DNA of 49,974 bases from an uncultured Bifidobacterium sp. (GTDB lineage Bacteria > Actinomycetota > Acidimicrobiia > Acidimicrobiales > Acidimicrobilacustridaceae), in NCBI GenBank assembly GCA_964454715.1, contig CAYVUO010000002.1, positions 5,599-55,572 on the forward strand, read 5' to 3'. Each line of letters begins with the position of its first letter. Positions within the stretch are counted from its first letter, which is position 1. The notes beneath the pieces were generated by a model, which did not search any database, had not been told where the DNA came from, and saw only the letters and a program-made list of their open reading frames with translations. The translations under genes and the position numbers were made by a program. Below are positions 9,565-18,238 of the stretch, one piece after another.

Positions 9565-10580
9565 CAGCGTGCGTCCTCGATCCGATCGACGAGACCCCAC
9601 TCGCGTGCTGTCTCGACCTCGAGCTCCGTGCCGGTGATCGCCATCCACGCACTCCGATGACGCCCGATGCGACGTGGGATGCTCGCCGTACCTCCGGCTC
9701 CGGGAACCAGGCCCATCGCCACTTCGGGCAGGCGGAACGTCGCGCCGGGTGCAGCGATGACGGTGCGGGCGAACGCCGGGAGTTCGACACCGGCCCCGAC
9801 ACATCGGCCGTGCACGTGCACGGTGACGCGATCGGCGACTCGAGAGAGCATCACACCGGCGTTGCGTGCGGTTCGCACGAGATGCGCCGGCACGGGTGCG
9901 GGTGCCGTGCCGAACTCGTCGAGATCACCCCCGCTGCAGAACACGGGACCGTTGCCGGTGAGCTCGACCGTGACGATCGACGGGTCGGCTTCGACGAGGG
10001 CAAGGGCGTCGCACAACTCATCGCGCATGCGAGTGCCGTAGGCGTTGCGCACCTCTGGCCGATCGAGCACGACACGGAGCCGATCGCCCTCCCGTTCGAC
10101 GAGCACGGCGTGATCGGGACGAGCGCGACGATCGAGTGACTCACGCGCAGCGAGCCAGACTCGGTGCTCGGTTCCCGACTGCAAGAGGCTGTAGACCCAC
10201 GATTCGGCCACGACCGCGTCGGCCACCTCCGCCGTCTCCGCGGTGCGCAACAACTGCACCGCGGTCACGGCCGCAGATGGCGAGGCCGCGACCGCAGTGG
10301 CGAGTTCCTCGACATCACCTGTGACCCATGGCCTCGGAGTGGGGCCCGCTGCACACACGAGCACATCGAACGCGGCAGGGTCGACGTCGACCGCGCGTTC
10401 GGCGACACCCACGACGATCACCGGCGCCGGGCCGAGCGACGTGGAGAGTTCCGCGAGCGCCGACGCCTCACGATCGACATCGAGATCGACGAACACCACC
10501 GGTGCACCGAACGGGGCACCCAACTCGTCGGCACGACCGAGCGCGAGCACGGTGTCGAGGGGCAGGGCGGTGATCGTCAT
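9564..10580 (-). CDS. Enoyl-CoA hydratase/isomerase family protein with N-terminal extension
   Basis: FCSGGDL, GAGVEL and LPEVAMG (both catalytic Glu present); about 150 aa of extra N-terminal sequence. Confidence 0.88.
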   Translation of the reverse strand: MTITALPLDTVLALGRADELGAPFGAPVVFVDLDVDREASALAELSTSLGPAPVIVVGVAERAVDVDPAAFDVLVCAAGPTPRPWVTGDVEELATAVAASPSAAVTAVQLLRTAETAEVADAVVAESWVYSLLQSGTEHRVWLAARESLDRRARPDHAVLVEREGDRLRVVLDRPEVRNAYGTRMRDELCDALALVEADPSIVTVELTGNGPVFCSGGDLDEFGTAPAPVPAHLVRTARNAGVMLSRVADRVTVHVHGRCVGAGVELPAFARTVIAAPGATFRLPEVAMGLVPGAGGTASIPRRIGRHRSAWMAITGTELEVETAREWGLVDRIEDAR

Positions 10581-11950
10581 GGCGTCACAAGACTGCCCTC
10601 GACCCACGTCGCCCGCACGTTCGCGGCATCGGGACGGGCGAGTGCATCGATCAGTGGCACGGACAACAGACAGAGATCGGCCGGCACGCCCGCGACCACT
10701 CGTCGCGCTCGTCGAGGGTCGATGGGATCGGCGAGGTACCAACCCAGCGCGGTCGCCGCATCGACCGCCTCTGCGGCGCCGAGCACGACGCCCCCACGCG
10801 TCGAGCGATCGACCGCAGTGGCGATGGTCGCCCACGGATCGATCGCGGTCACCGGCGCATCGCTGCCGACCGTGACCGCCACGCCGGCGCGCGCCAATGA
10901 ACCAGCCCGGTGGAGGAACGGCAGGTCGTCGGCGTCCACCGTTCCCGAATAGCCATCACCCCGCTCGCGCACGAGAGAGGGCTGCACGACGACGATCACA
11001 CCGCTCGTCGCGAGGAAGTCGTCGAATTCATCGGGCAACACGGAGCCGTGCTCGATCCGGTCGCCAGCCATCGGTCCGGCGAGTTGGAGCGCCGCGACCG
11101 CAACGACGCATTCGGCTCGCGTGACGGCGTGGATGGCCACGCCGCGACCCGACCGATGTGTTGCCGAGATCTCGTCCGCCAGCCCTTCGATGTCGAGACC
11201 CCTCACCTCATCGGCGAGCAACTTCCGAGGCCCGACCATCGCCCAATCGCCGACGTCACCGTCGACACCGAGCAGGACGACCGATTGCTTGAGCTCACCG
11301 ACCTCACGTGCACTGCGCAGGACGTCGGCCCGTGAACCGAGAGCGTGTGTGGCATCGGTGACCCCAGTGATGCCGAGACGGGAGAGTTCACCGCTCACGG
11401 CGGCGAGCGACGGCGCCGTGGAACCGAACACGTCTGCGATCAACTCGTCGTGGCGATGGACCCATCCGGTGGCTCGACCCGCTGCATCGCGTTCGATCGA
11501 GGCCGACGAGCCCCGACCGGCGGCGTCGACCTCGTCGAGCGCGCTGGTCGAGAGCACCCACGAGAGGCCCGAACGATGCTGCACTCGCAACACCCCTCCC
11601 CCGCCGACGCGATCGAGTCGATCCCGATCGAGGGGGCCATGACGATGATCGTCATAGCCGCCCACTCTCATCACACCGGAGGCAGCCGCGCGCCGCAACA
11701 GCACATCCGCCGCATCACTGTCATCAGCGCCATCGAGATCGATCGCACCGAGCCGCGTCGCCATGGCGAGCAGGTGGACATGGTGATCGTGCAAGCCGGG
11801 CAACAGGGCCGCACCCTCGCCATCGATCACGACATCGACCGGACCGACCGCCGATCCCCCCACAGATTCCACGACATCGCCTGCGAGGACGACGTCGACG
11901 ATCGATCCGTCGACCTCCACCTCGCGCAGGACGGAACGCGGACCAGTCAC
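10577..11950 (-). CDS. Amidohydrolase family protein (Amidohydro_3)
   Basis: PGLHDHHVH, AIHAV, RIEHG and GSDAP motifs; GTGA overlap with the CoA-transferase stop (alternative start 11953). Confidence 0.88.
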   Translation of the reverse strand: MTGPRSVLREVEVDGSIVDVVLAGDVVESVGGSAVGPVDVVIDGEGAALLPGLHDHHVHLLAMATRLGAIDLDGADDSDAADVLLRRAAASGVMRVGGYDDHRHGPLDRDRLDRVGGGGVLRVQHRSGLSWVLSTSALDEVDAAGRGSSASIERDAAGRATGWVHRHDELIADVFGSTAPSLAAVSGELSRLGITGVTDATHALGSRADVLRSAREVGELKQSVVLLGVDGDVGDWAMVGPRKLLADEVRGLDIEGLADEISATHRSGRGVAIHAVTRAECVVAVAALQLAGPMAGDRIEHGSVLPDEFDDFLATSGVIVVVQPSLVRERGDGYSGTVDADDLPFLHRAGSLARAGVAVTVGSDAPVTAIDPWATIATAVDRSTRGGVVLGAAEAVDAATALGWYLADPIDPRRARRVVAGVPADLCLLSVPLIDALARPDAANVRATWVEGSLVTP

Positions 11951-13008
11951 CACACCACCGCCATTCCCGAGGCCACGCTGCGCGCCACCTCGCGGAGCGC
12001 GACATCGACGGTGACACCGCCCCCGGACCGCACGGCCGAGGCGACCAACGCAGCCGCCGTCACTCCGGTGAGCGGGTCGGCGATCGCGTCGCCCACGAAG
12101 GCGGGAGAGCCGTCGTGCCGATCGACCAGCCCCCCGGCCACCGCCGTGTCATCGCCGAACCCGACATGGTTGTTCCACGGGCCACAGCGTCCGTAGGCCG
12201 TGATCGACAACCAGACGGAGCCTGGGCGCGCAGCGACCACATCGGCGGGCACGACCCCCAATCGGTCGAACGCTCTGGGGCGCGACTGCTCGATCACGAT
12301 GTCGGCGCCAGCGATCAGATCGTTCAGTTCGGCACGGCCGTCGTCGGTCGTGAAGTCGATGGACCGCTGTTCATGACCATCGAGCATCTGCGACCAGAAC
12401 CCAGGGTCACCGCTTCGCGCGCCATCGGGCCTTCCCTTCGATTCGACCTTCACGACCTCAGCGCCGGCGCGCCCGAGGAACCGCGCGCACAGTGGGCCCG
12501 CCCACAACGACGAGAGATCGACCACCTTCAGTCCTTCGAGTGACCGGGCCGCCGCCGCATCGCCTGCGCGCCGCACGAGCCACGGTCGTGCCGGGTTCGT
12601 GGTGCCTCGGAACGCGAGCTGCTCGTCATCGTCGGCCGTCGGGAGCCGGGAGACCGCGAGCCCCAACACCTGCGCGTCGGCGACGACGACTTCGGACGAC
12701 CGCGACGCAACTGCTGCCGCGATCTCGGGCCACGGAGTCGCGCCATCGGAGGCGGTGACGCCGAGCCATGCCGGGAGGAGCTCCAGATCATCGGGACGCG
12801 GCAGGTTCACCGCGCACCAACCATCCATGGTCGGCAGGAGATGGCAGGAACCTCCGGCCGATACCCGACCCGATGGCGCCCAGCCCGTGAACGAACTGCG
12901 TTCGTCGAGCAGAGCACTGGCATCGCGATCAGCCTCGACGCCGAGCGACGCGAGTCGATCGATCGCGCCCTGAGTGAACCGGACCGCTCGTTCGAGCGAC
13001 TCGCTCAT
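11947..13008 (-). CDS. CoA-transferase family III (CaiB/BaiF-like)
   Basis: LEGLKVVDLSSLWAGP, GAEVVKVES..RPDGAR and GFGDD motifs. Confidence 0.88.
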   Translation of the reverse strand: MSESLERAVRFTQGAIDRLASLGVEADRDASALLDERSSFTGWAPSGRVSAGGSCHLLPTMDGWCAVNLPRPDDLELLPAWLGVTASDGATPWPEIAAAVASRSSEVVVADAQVLGLAVSRLPTADDDEQLAFRGTTNPARPWLVRRAGDAAAARSLEGLKVVDLSSLWAGPLCARFLGRAGAEVVKVESKGRPDGARSGDPGFWSQMLDGHEQRSIDFTTDDGRAELNDLIAGADIVIEQSRPRAFDRLGVVPADVVAARPGSVWLSITAYGRCGPWNNHVGFGDDTAVAGGLVDRHDGSPAFVGDAIADPLTGVTAAALVASAVRSGGGVTVDVALREVARSVASGMAVVW

Positions 13009-13018
13009 CTCGGATCGA

Positions 13019-13771
13019 TCACGACTTCGAGGAGATCTGAGTGCGCAGGCCCTCGATGAGCGCCATGAACGCAGGCTGGGTCGTCGACCACAACTGAGGG
13101 GCGATCTCGATGTCGACCGCTGAGTCACTGTCGGTCACAGCATCCATCGCGATGATCGACTGCTTGATGCGACGCACGAGTTCGGGCGGCGCCGAAGCGG
13201 CACGGCCGGCGAGTTCGCGGGCCACGGGCAGCAGATCGTCGTCGGCGACACAGCGCCACGCGAGTCCGATCTCCGCGGCGCGCGCGCCGTCGACGATCTC
13301 ACCGAACAGCACGAGCGCCATGGTGGTCTGCAGATCGGTGATGCGACGCAACCGCCAGGTGTTGCCGCCACCGGGGTGCAGCCCGATCTTGAGGAAGCGC
13401 GTGTCGAACCGGGCTGACGCGCCGGCGAGGATGACATCGCATCCGAGCGCGAGGTTGAGGCCAGCGCCGACTGCAGGGCCGTTGACCGCGGCGAGGGTCG
13501 GCAATGGCGAGCCGGCGATGCGAAGGAACCCAGCGTAGATCGTGCGAAGGTCGTCCTCGCTCCTGCACGCCTGGAGATCGGCCAGACCGGCACCGGCACA
13601 GAACGCGGGCGGCGCGCCAGTGACCACGACGGCGCCGACATCGTCGCGAGCCTCGAGTTCATCCATGCCCTCGATGACCGCAGCGTTCAGCGCGTTGGAG
13701 ACGATGTTGCGGCGACCCGGATCGTTGAGGGTGATGGTGGCGACACGGTCCACCACTTCGAGCGTGATCAT
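13019..13771 (-). CDS. Enoyl-CoA hydratase/isomerase family protein
   Basis: AFCAGA, AAVNGPAVGAG and LALGCD motifs. Confidence 0.9.
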   Translation of the reverse strand: MITLEVVDRVATITLNDPGRRNIVSNALNAAVIEGMDELEARDDVGAVVVTGAPPAFCAGAGLADLQACRSEDDLRTIYAGFLRIAGSPLPTLAAVNGPAVGAGLNLALGCDVILAGASARFDTRFLKIGLHPGGGNTWRLRRITDLQTTMALVLFGEIVDGARAAEIGLAWRCVADDDLLPVARELAGRAASAPPELVRRIKQSIIAMDAVTDSDSAVDIEIAPQLWSTTQPAFMALIEGLRTQISSKS

Positions 13772-13804
13772 GAGAACTTCCTCCCTGTGCGATTCTGCCC
13801 CGGA

Positions 13805-14905
13805 TCAGCGAGGGAGACCGAGGACACGCTCGCTGAGGATGTTGCGCATCACGTCGGAGGTGCCCGCCATGATCGTGTAGGCGGGTGCGTAGGCGATCTC
13901 CTTGGCCCAGCGGTCCCAACCCATCGCCTCGGGGCCCAACACGCGGGCGGCGAAGTCCGCGACCCTCTGTTCGTACTCGGTGCACATCAGTTTCGTGCCG
14001 GCGCTGAAACCGGCGGGAGCCTGGCCGAGCGCATTCCGATAGACGAGCATCCGACCGACGTTGAACTCGATCTCGAGGCGGGCGATCTCGTCACGGAGGA
14101 GTCGATCAGTCGTGTCGGCATGTTCGAGCGCACGAAGGTGGAGGGCGCGGTTCGACACCAGCCGGTCGATGCCACCGCGCTCATGATCGAGCTGACGCAT
14201 CGTCTGCGAGAACGCGTTGCCCTCGACGCCGACGAGGTTCTCGACCGGAACCCGGACCTCCTCGAAGAACACCTCGTTGAAGTGGCGAGCGTCGACCATG
14301 TCGCGGATGGGACGCACCTCGATGCCGGGCGAGTCCATCGGAACGATGATCTCGCTGATGCCGAGATGCGGCTTGCCCGGAACGGAATCGGTGCGACAGA
14401 TGAGATAGCAGTACTCCGACTCGTGCGCGAACGATGTCCAGATCTTCTGACCGTTGATGACCCACTCATCGCCCTCGCGTCGCGCCGATGTGCGCAACGA
14501 CGCGAGGTCCGAGCCACTCTCGGGCTCGGACATCCCGATGCACCAGGTGATCTCACCCGAGAGGATCTCGGGCAGGTACTTCTCGCGCTGGGCCGGGGAA
14601 CCGAACGTGTAGAGACCCGGCCCCATCTGCCGATCACCGAACCACGAAGCCCCGATCGGCACACCGGCGGCGATGAGCACCTCACTCACCACGAGTCGTT
14701 CGACCGCAGGTCGCCCGCCACCGCCGAACTCCACCGGCCACGTCATGCCGATCCAGCCCCGGGCCGCGAGATCGCGCGAGCACTCGCGGGAGAACGAGCA
14801 CAGCCACGAGTCGTTGAAGCTGCCGTACTTGGCCACGGCCTCATCGGCGAACGCCTGTGCCTCCCGTCGGAGGTTCTCGAGGTCGGCGTCGAGGTGCAAC
14901 ATCAC
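13805..14905 (-). CDS. Acyl-CoA dehydrogenase (FadE-type)
   Basis: MSEPESGSDL, INGQKIWTS, HERG and TIMAGTSDV motifs. Confidence 0.93.
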   Translation of the reverse strand: MMLHLDADLENLRREAQAFADEAVAKYGSFNDSWLCSFSRECSRDLAARGWIGMTWPVEFGGGGRPAVERLVVSEVLIAAGVPIGASWFGDRQMGPGLYTFGSPAQREKYLPEILSGEITWCIGMSEPESGSDLASLRTSARREGDEWVINGQKIWTSFAHESEYCYLICRTDSVPGKPHLGISEIIVPMDSPGIEVRPIRDMVDARHFNEVFFEEVRVPVENLVGVEGNAFSQTMRQLDHERGGIDRLVSNRALHLRALEHADTTDRLLRDEIARLEIEFNVGRMLVYRNALGQAPAGFSAGTKLMCTEYEQRVADFAARVLGPEAMGWDRWAKEIAYAPAYTIMAGTSDVMRNILSERVLGLPR

Positions 14906-14951
14906 CCTTCAGTCTTGTGCACTGGCGCCCGACGCGCCCACTCGCACGCGC

Positions 14952-16442
14952 TCAGCGCAGGAGATCGGCCAGCACTTCGCGACGCAGCAACTTGCCGGTC
15001 GGAGTGTGCGGGAGCTCCGGACGGAACTCGATGACCCGAGGAGTCTTCGAGCTGCGCAGGTGCTGCTTGCAGAACTCGTGGAGTTCGAAGGCCATGTCAT
15101 CAGTGGCTTCGATGCCGTCGCCGAGCACGACGACCGCAGCGATCTCCTGGCCCCACTCGTCATCGGGCACGCCGACGACAGCGACATCGAGCACCGATTC
15201 GTGACGACGCAGCACGTCCTCGATCTCGGCCGGGGCGATGTTCTCGCCGCCGCGGATGATCGTGTCGTCGGCCCGACCCTCGATGAAGAGGTAGCCGTCG
15301 GCATCGACCCAGCCTCGGTCCTTGGTGGGGAACCAACCCTCGTGGTCGACGACACTGCCCGACGCGTACTCACCCGACACCTGCTCACCACGCAGGAACA
15401 CGAGGCCGGCCTCGCCGACTCCGAGCACGTTGTCATCCTCGTCGCGAACCTCGACCTCGATGCCCGGAAGCACCTTGCCCACCGAACCGAGGCGCACCTT
15501 CGCCACCTCGTCGCCGGCGAACGCCGCAGCGTGATCGTCGGGACCGAGCAGCGCGATGGTCGATGAGGTCTCGGTGAGTCCGTAGGCATTGACGAAGCCC
15601 GTGCCGGGGAACGCGTCGAGCGCCTTCTCGAGCACCGGCAACGGCATGCGCGCGCCGCCGTACGACAGCGTGGCGAGCGTGGGGACGTCGGCGGGACGAC
15701 CGTTGAGTTCCTGCACGACGCGAGCGAGCATCGTGGGGACGACCATCGCCTGCGTGACTCCTTCGCGGCGGATGGTGTCGAGCCAGGTCGCGGCATCGAA
15801 CGAGTCGAGGTACACGATGCGACGGCCGGCGTAGATGTTCGACAACAGGTTCGCCATGCCGGCGATGTGATACGGCGGAACGGTGACGAGCGCAGCCTGC
15901 TCGGGTTCGGCGCCGGCGAACTCCACGGTGCCGATGATGTACGCCGTGAGATGGCGATGACGCAGCAAAGCGGCCTTCGGCGTGCCGGAGGTGCCCGAGG
16001 TGTAGAGCACCACCGCCACTTCCTCGGGATCGACGAACGGTGGGAGTTCGACGTCGGTCGTGGCCGCGAAGGACGGCTCGAGGAGGTCTTCGCGCGACAC
16101 CGTCATCGACGCGTCGGCCCCGGGAACGGTGCCGGGATCGGCGACGACCGCGGCGCCGCGATGCGCGGCGACCAGGGGCTTGAGCTGCTCCTCGCCGAGA
16201 CGGAAGTTCAGCGGGATGAACGGCAGACCGGCGTAGGCGGCGGCGAAGAGCGCCACTGGGAACGCAAGATCATTCGTGCCGAAGTAGACGACACCATCGG
16301 CGCCCATCTCGACGAAACGTGCCGCGGCGCGTTGCGCGGCCGCGCCCAGTTCGGCATGGGTGAGTGAACGGTCACCGGCGACGACCGCGACTCGGTCATC
16401 GAGCGTCGACGACGTCATGTCGACGAACAACGAGAGATTCAT
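14952..16442 (-). CDS. Acyl-CoA synthetase (class I adenylate-forming enzyme)
   Basis: YTSGTSGTPK, AYGLTET and PTGKLLR motifs; start MNLSLF lies 4 nt after the upstream stop. Confidence 0.93.
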   Translation of the reverse strand: MNLSLFVDMTSSTLDDRVAVVAGDRSLTHAELGAAAQRAAARFVEMGADGVVYFGTNDLAFPVALFAAAYAGLPFIPLNFRLGEEQLKPLVAAHRGAAVVADPGTVPGADASMTVSREDLLEPSFAATTDVELPPFVDPEEVAVVLYTSGTSGTPKAALLRHRHLTAYIIGTVEFAGAEPEQAALVTVPPYHIAGMANLLSNIYAGRRIVYLDSFDAATWLDTIRREGVTQAMVVPTMLARVVQELNGRPADVPTLATLSYGGARMPLPVLEKALDAFPGTGFVNAYGLTETSSTIALLGPDDHAAAFAGDEVAKVRLGSVGKVLPGIEVEVRDEDDNVLGVGEAGLVFLRGEQVSGEYASGSVVDHEGWFPTKDRGWVDADGYLFIEGRADDTIIRGGENIAPAEIEDVLRRHESVLDVAVVGVPDDEWGQEIAAVVVLGDGIEATDDMAFELHEFCKQHLRSSKTPRVIEFRPELPHTPTGKLLRREVLADLLR

Positions 16443-16446
16443 CGGC

Positions 16447-16752
16447 TCAGTCCGAGGAGGGAAGCGGCTTGGCGCCCTTGATCGGCACCTCACGACCATC
16501 TGCAGCGAGTGCACCGGGACCGGGCTTGGCGCACAGCACCTCGAGACCAGTCTCCTCGTCGGCGTAGCGCTTGCCCACGAGCGTGCCGTCGCCCGACGCG
16601 TCGGCATGGCCGCCACCGGGGCGATCGGCGGTCGCCTCGACCACCGCGACGCCACCGCAGGTGAGCGTCACGGGACCGCTCGGCGGCTTCACCACGACGA
16701 GCTCCACGGTGCATTCGGGACAGGCGAGCTTGCTCCCGGCCTTGATCTCCAC
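16447..16752 (-). CDS. Small four-cysteine hypothetical protein (about 101 aa)
   Basis: GTG start with GAGGGGGAG SD; CPEC, TCGG and EVLC motifs; C-terminus KPLPSSD resembles small actinobacterial proteins found beside acyl-CoA ligases (from recollection). Confidence 0.75.
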   Translation of the reverse strand: MEIKAGSKLACPECTVELVVVKPPSGPVTLTCGGVAVVEATADRPGGGHADASGDGTLVGKRYADEETGLEVLCAKPGPGALAADGREVPIKGAKPLPSSD

Positions 16753-16862
16753 GGTCCGACTCCCCCTCTGGGCCTCTCGGCGACGACTTCGTGCCGTTGC
16801 AACGTAGCGCGCCGGGGACACGGGCCCTGTGCCACGATCGGCACCTCACACCGGGAGGGGAC

Positions 16863-17630
16863 ATGCGCAACGTGGTCGAGGGTCGTTTCGAGGGGAAGGT
16901 CGCGCTCATCACGGGCGCGGGCTCGGGCATCGGGAGGGCCAGTGCCGTGCGCCTCGCCGCCGAGGGCGCATCGGTGTTCCTGCACGACGTCAACGCCGAG
17001 GGCGTGGCCGAGACTGCGGCCACCATCGCGGCTGCCGGCGGCACCGCCCGTACCCGAGTGGGTGATGTCAGTTCCCGGGCCGAGTGCTTCGCCACGGTCG
17101 AGGCCGCCGTCGCCGAGTTCGGTCGACTCGACGTGCTCGCCAATGTCGCCGGCGTCGCCGCCGGCAACCACTTCACCGACATCAGCGAGGACGCGTACCG
17201 ACGGATGGTCGCCATCAACCAGGACGCGCCCTTCTTCTTCTGTCAGGCCGCCATCCCCCACCTGCTCGAGACCGACGGCAACATCGTCAACATGGCCTCG
17301 AACGCGGGCCTCATGGGTCTCGCCTATCAGGTCGTGTACACGATGACGAAGGGCGCGGTCGTCCAGCTCACTCGCTCACTCGCCATGGAGTACGTGAAGA
17401 CCAACCTCCGCGTCAACGCGATCGCGCCTGGCGGGATCGTCACCAATCTCATGCATACGTTCACGATGCCGGCCGAGATCGACTTCGAACTCATGGCGCC
17501 CTACATGGGCTTCCGTGGTCAGGGCGAGGCCGACGACATCGCCGATCTCGTGGCGCTGGTGGCGGCCCCCACCTCGACCAACATCCACGGCGCGATCTTC
17601 TCGAGCGATCGCGGAGTGACTGCGGGCTGA
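16863..17630 (+). CDS. SDR-family oxidoreductase
   Basis: TGAGSGIG, NVAG, YTMTK (YxxxK) and RVNAIAPG motifs. Confidence 0.95.
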   Translation: MRNVVEGRFEGKVALITGAGSGIGRASAVRLAAEGASVFLHDVNAEGVAETAATIAAAGGTARTRVGDVSSRAECFATVEAAVAEFGRLDVLANVAGVAAGNHFTDISEDAYRRMVAINQDAPFFFCQAAIPHLLETDGNIVNMASNAGLMGLAYQVVYTMTKGAVVQLTRSLAMEYVKTNLRVNAIAPGGIVTNLMHTFTMPAEIDFELMAPYMGFRGQGEADDIADLVALVAAPTSTNIHGAIFSSDRGVTAG

Positions 17631-17632
17631 TC

Positions 17633-18238
17633 TCAGGCGTCGAGAGAGGCGATGGCCGACACCGCCGCTCGGGTGACGGCCGTCGAGAACTGCGGCGTGA
17701 TGGGGAGTCCGAGCACGAACGATCGATGCTGCAACGGCCCCGACACGAGGCTCAGCACCGTCTCGTGGTCGATGTCTGACGCGAGTTCACCGCGCGCTCG
17801 CGCGCGCTCGAGCACTGCGCGCATCGACGCGACGCGCGGCGCGAGGAACTTCTCGTTGACCGCAGCGCGGAACTCGGGATTGCGTCGGAGCTCGACCGCG
17901 ACGTCCTCGGCGAGATCCTCACGACGTACCGACACCGTCGCCGCGAGCGACTCGACCATCGCGGCGATGTCGCCCTCGAGCGAACCGGTGTCGACGTCGG
18001 TGATCTCGGGATGCAACGACGCGAGCGCCGCCGCCACGAGTTGCTGCTTGGTGGGCCACCGTCGGTAGAGCGTGGCCGACGACACGCCCGAGCGGGCGAT
18101 GACCGCAGCCATCGTGAGCCCGCCGTAACCGAGCTCCGCCACCAGATCGAGGGTGGCCGAGAGGATGGCGTGGTCGGCGGCCTCGCTGCGCTGACGACCG
18201 GGCCGCGACCTGGGCGTCGACTCGGTGACCGCGGACAT
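17633..18238 (-). CDS. TetR/AcrR-family transcriptional regulator
   Basis: N-terminal HTH GVSSATLYRRWPTK; DTGSLEGD C-terminal domain motif. Confidence 0.93.
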   Translation of the reverse strand: MSAVTESTPRSRPGRQRSEAADHAILSATLDLVAELGYGGLTMAAVIARSGVSSATLYRRWPTKQQLVAAALASLHPEITDVDTGSLEGDIAAMVESLAATVSVRREDLAEDVAVELRRNPEFRAAVNEKFLAPRVASMRAVLERARARGELASDIDHETVLSLVSGPLQHRSFVLGLPITPQFSTAVTRAAVSAIASLDA

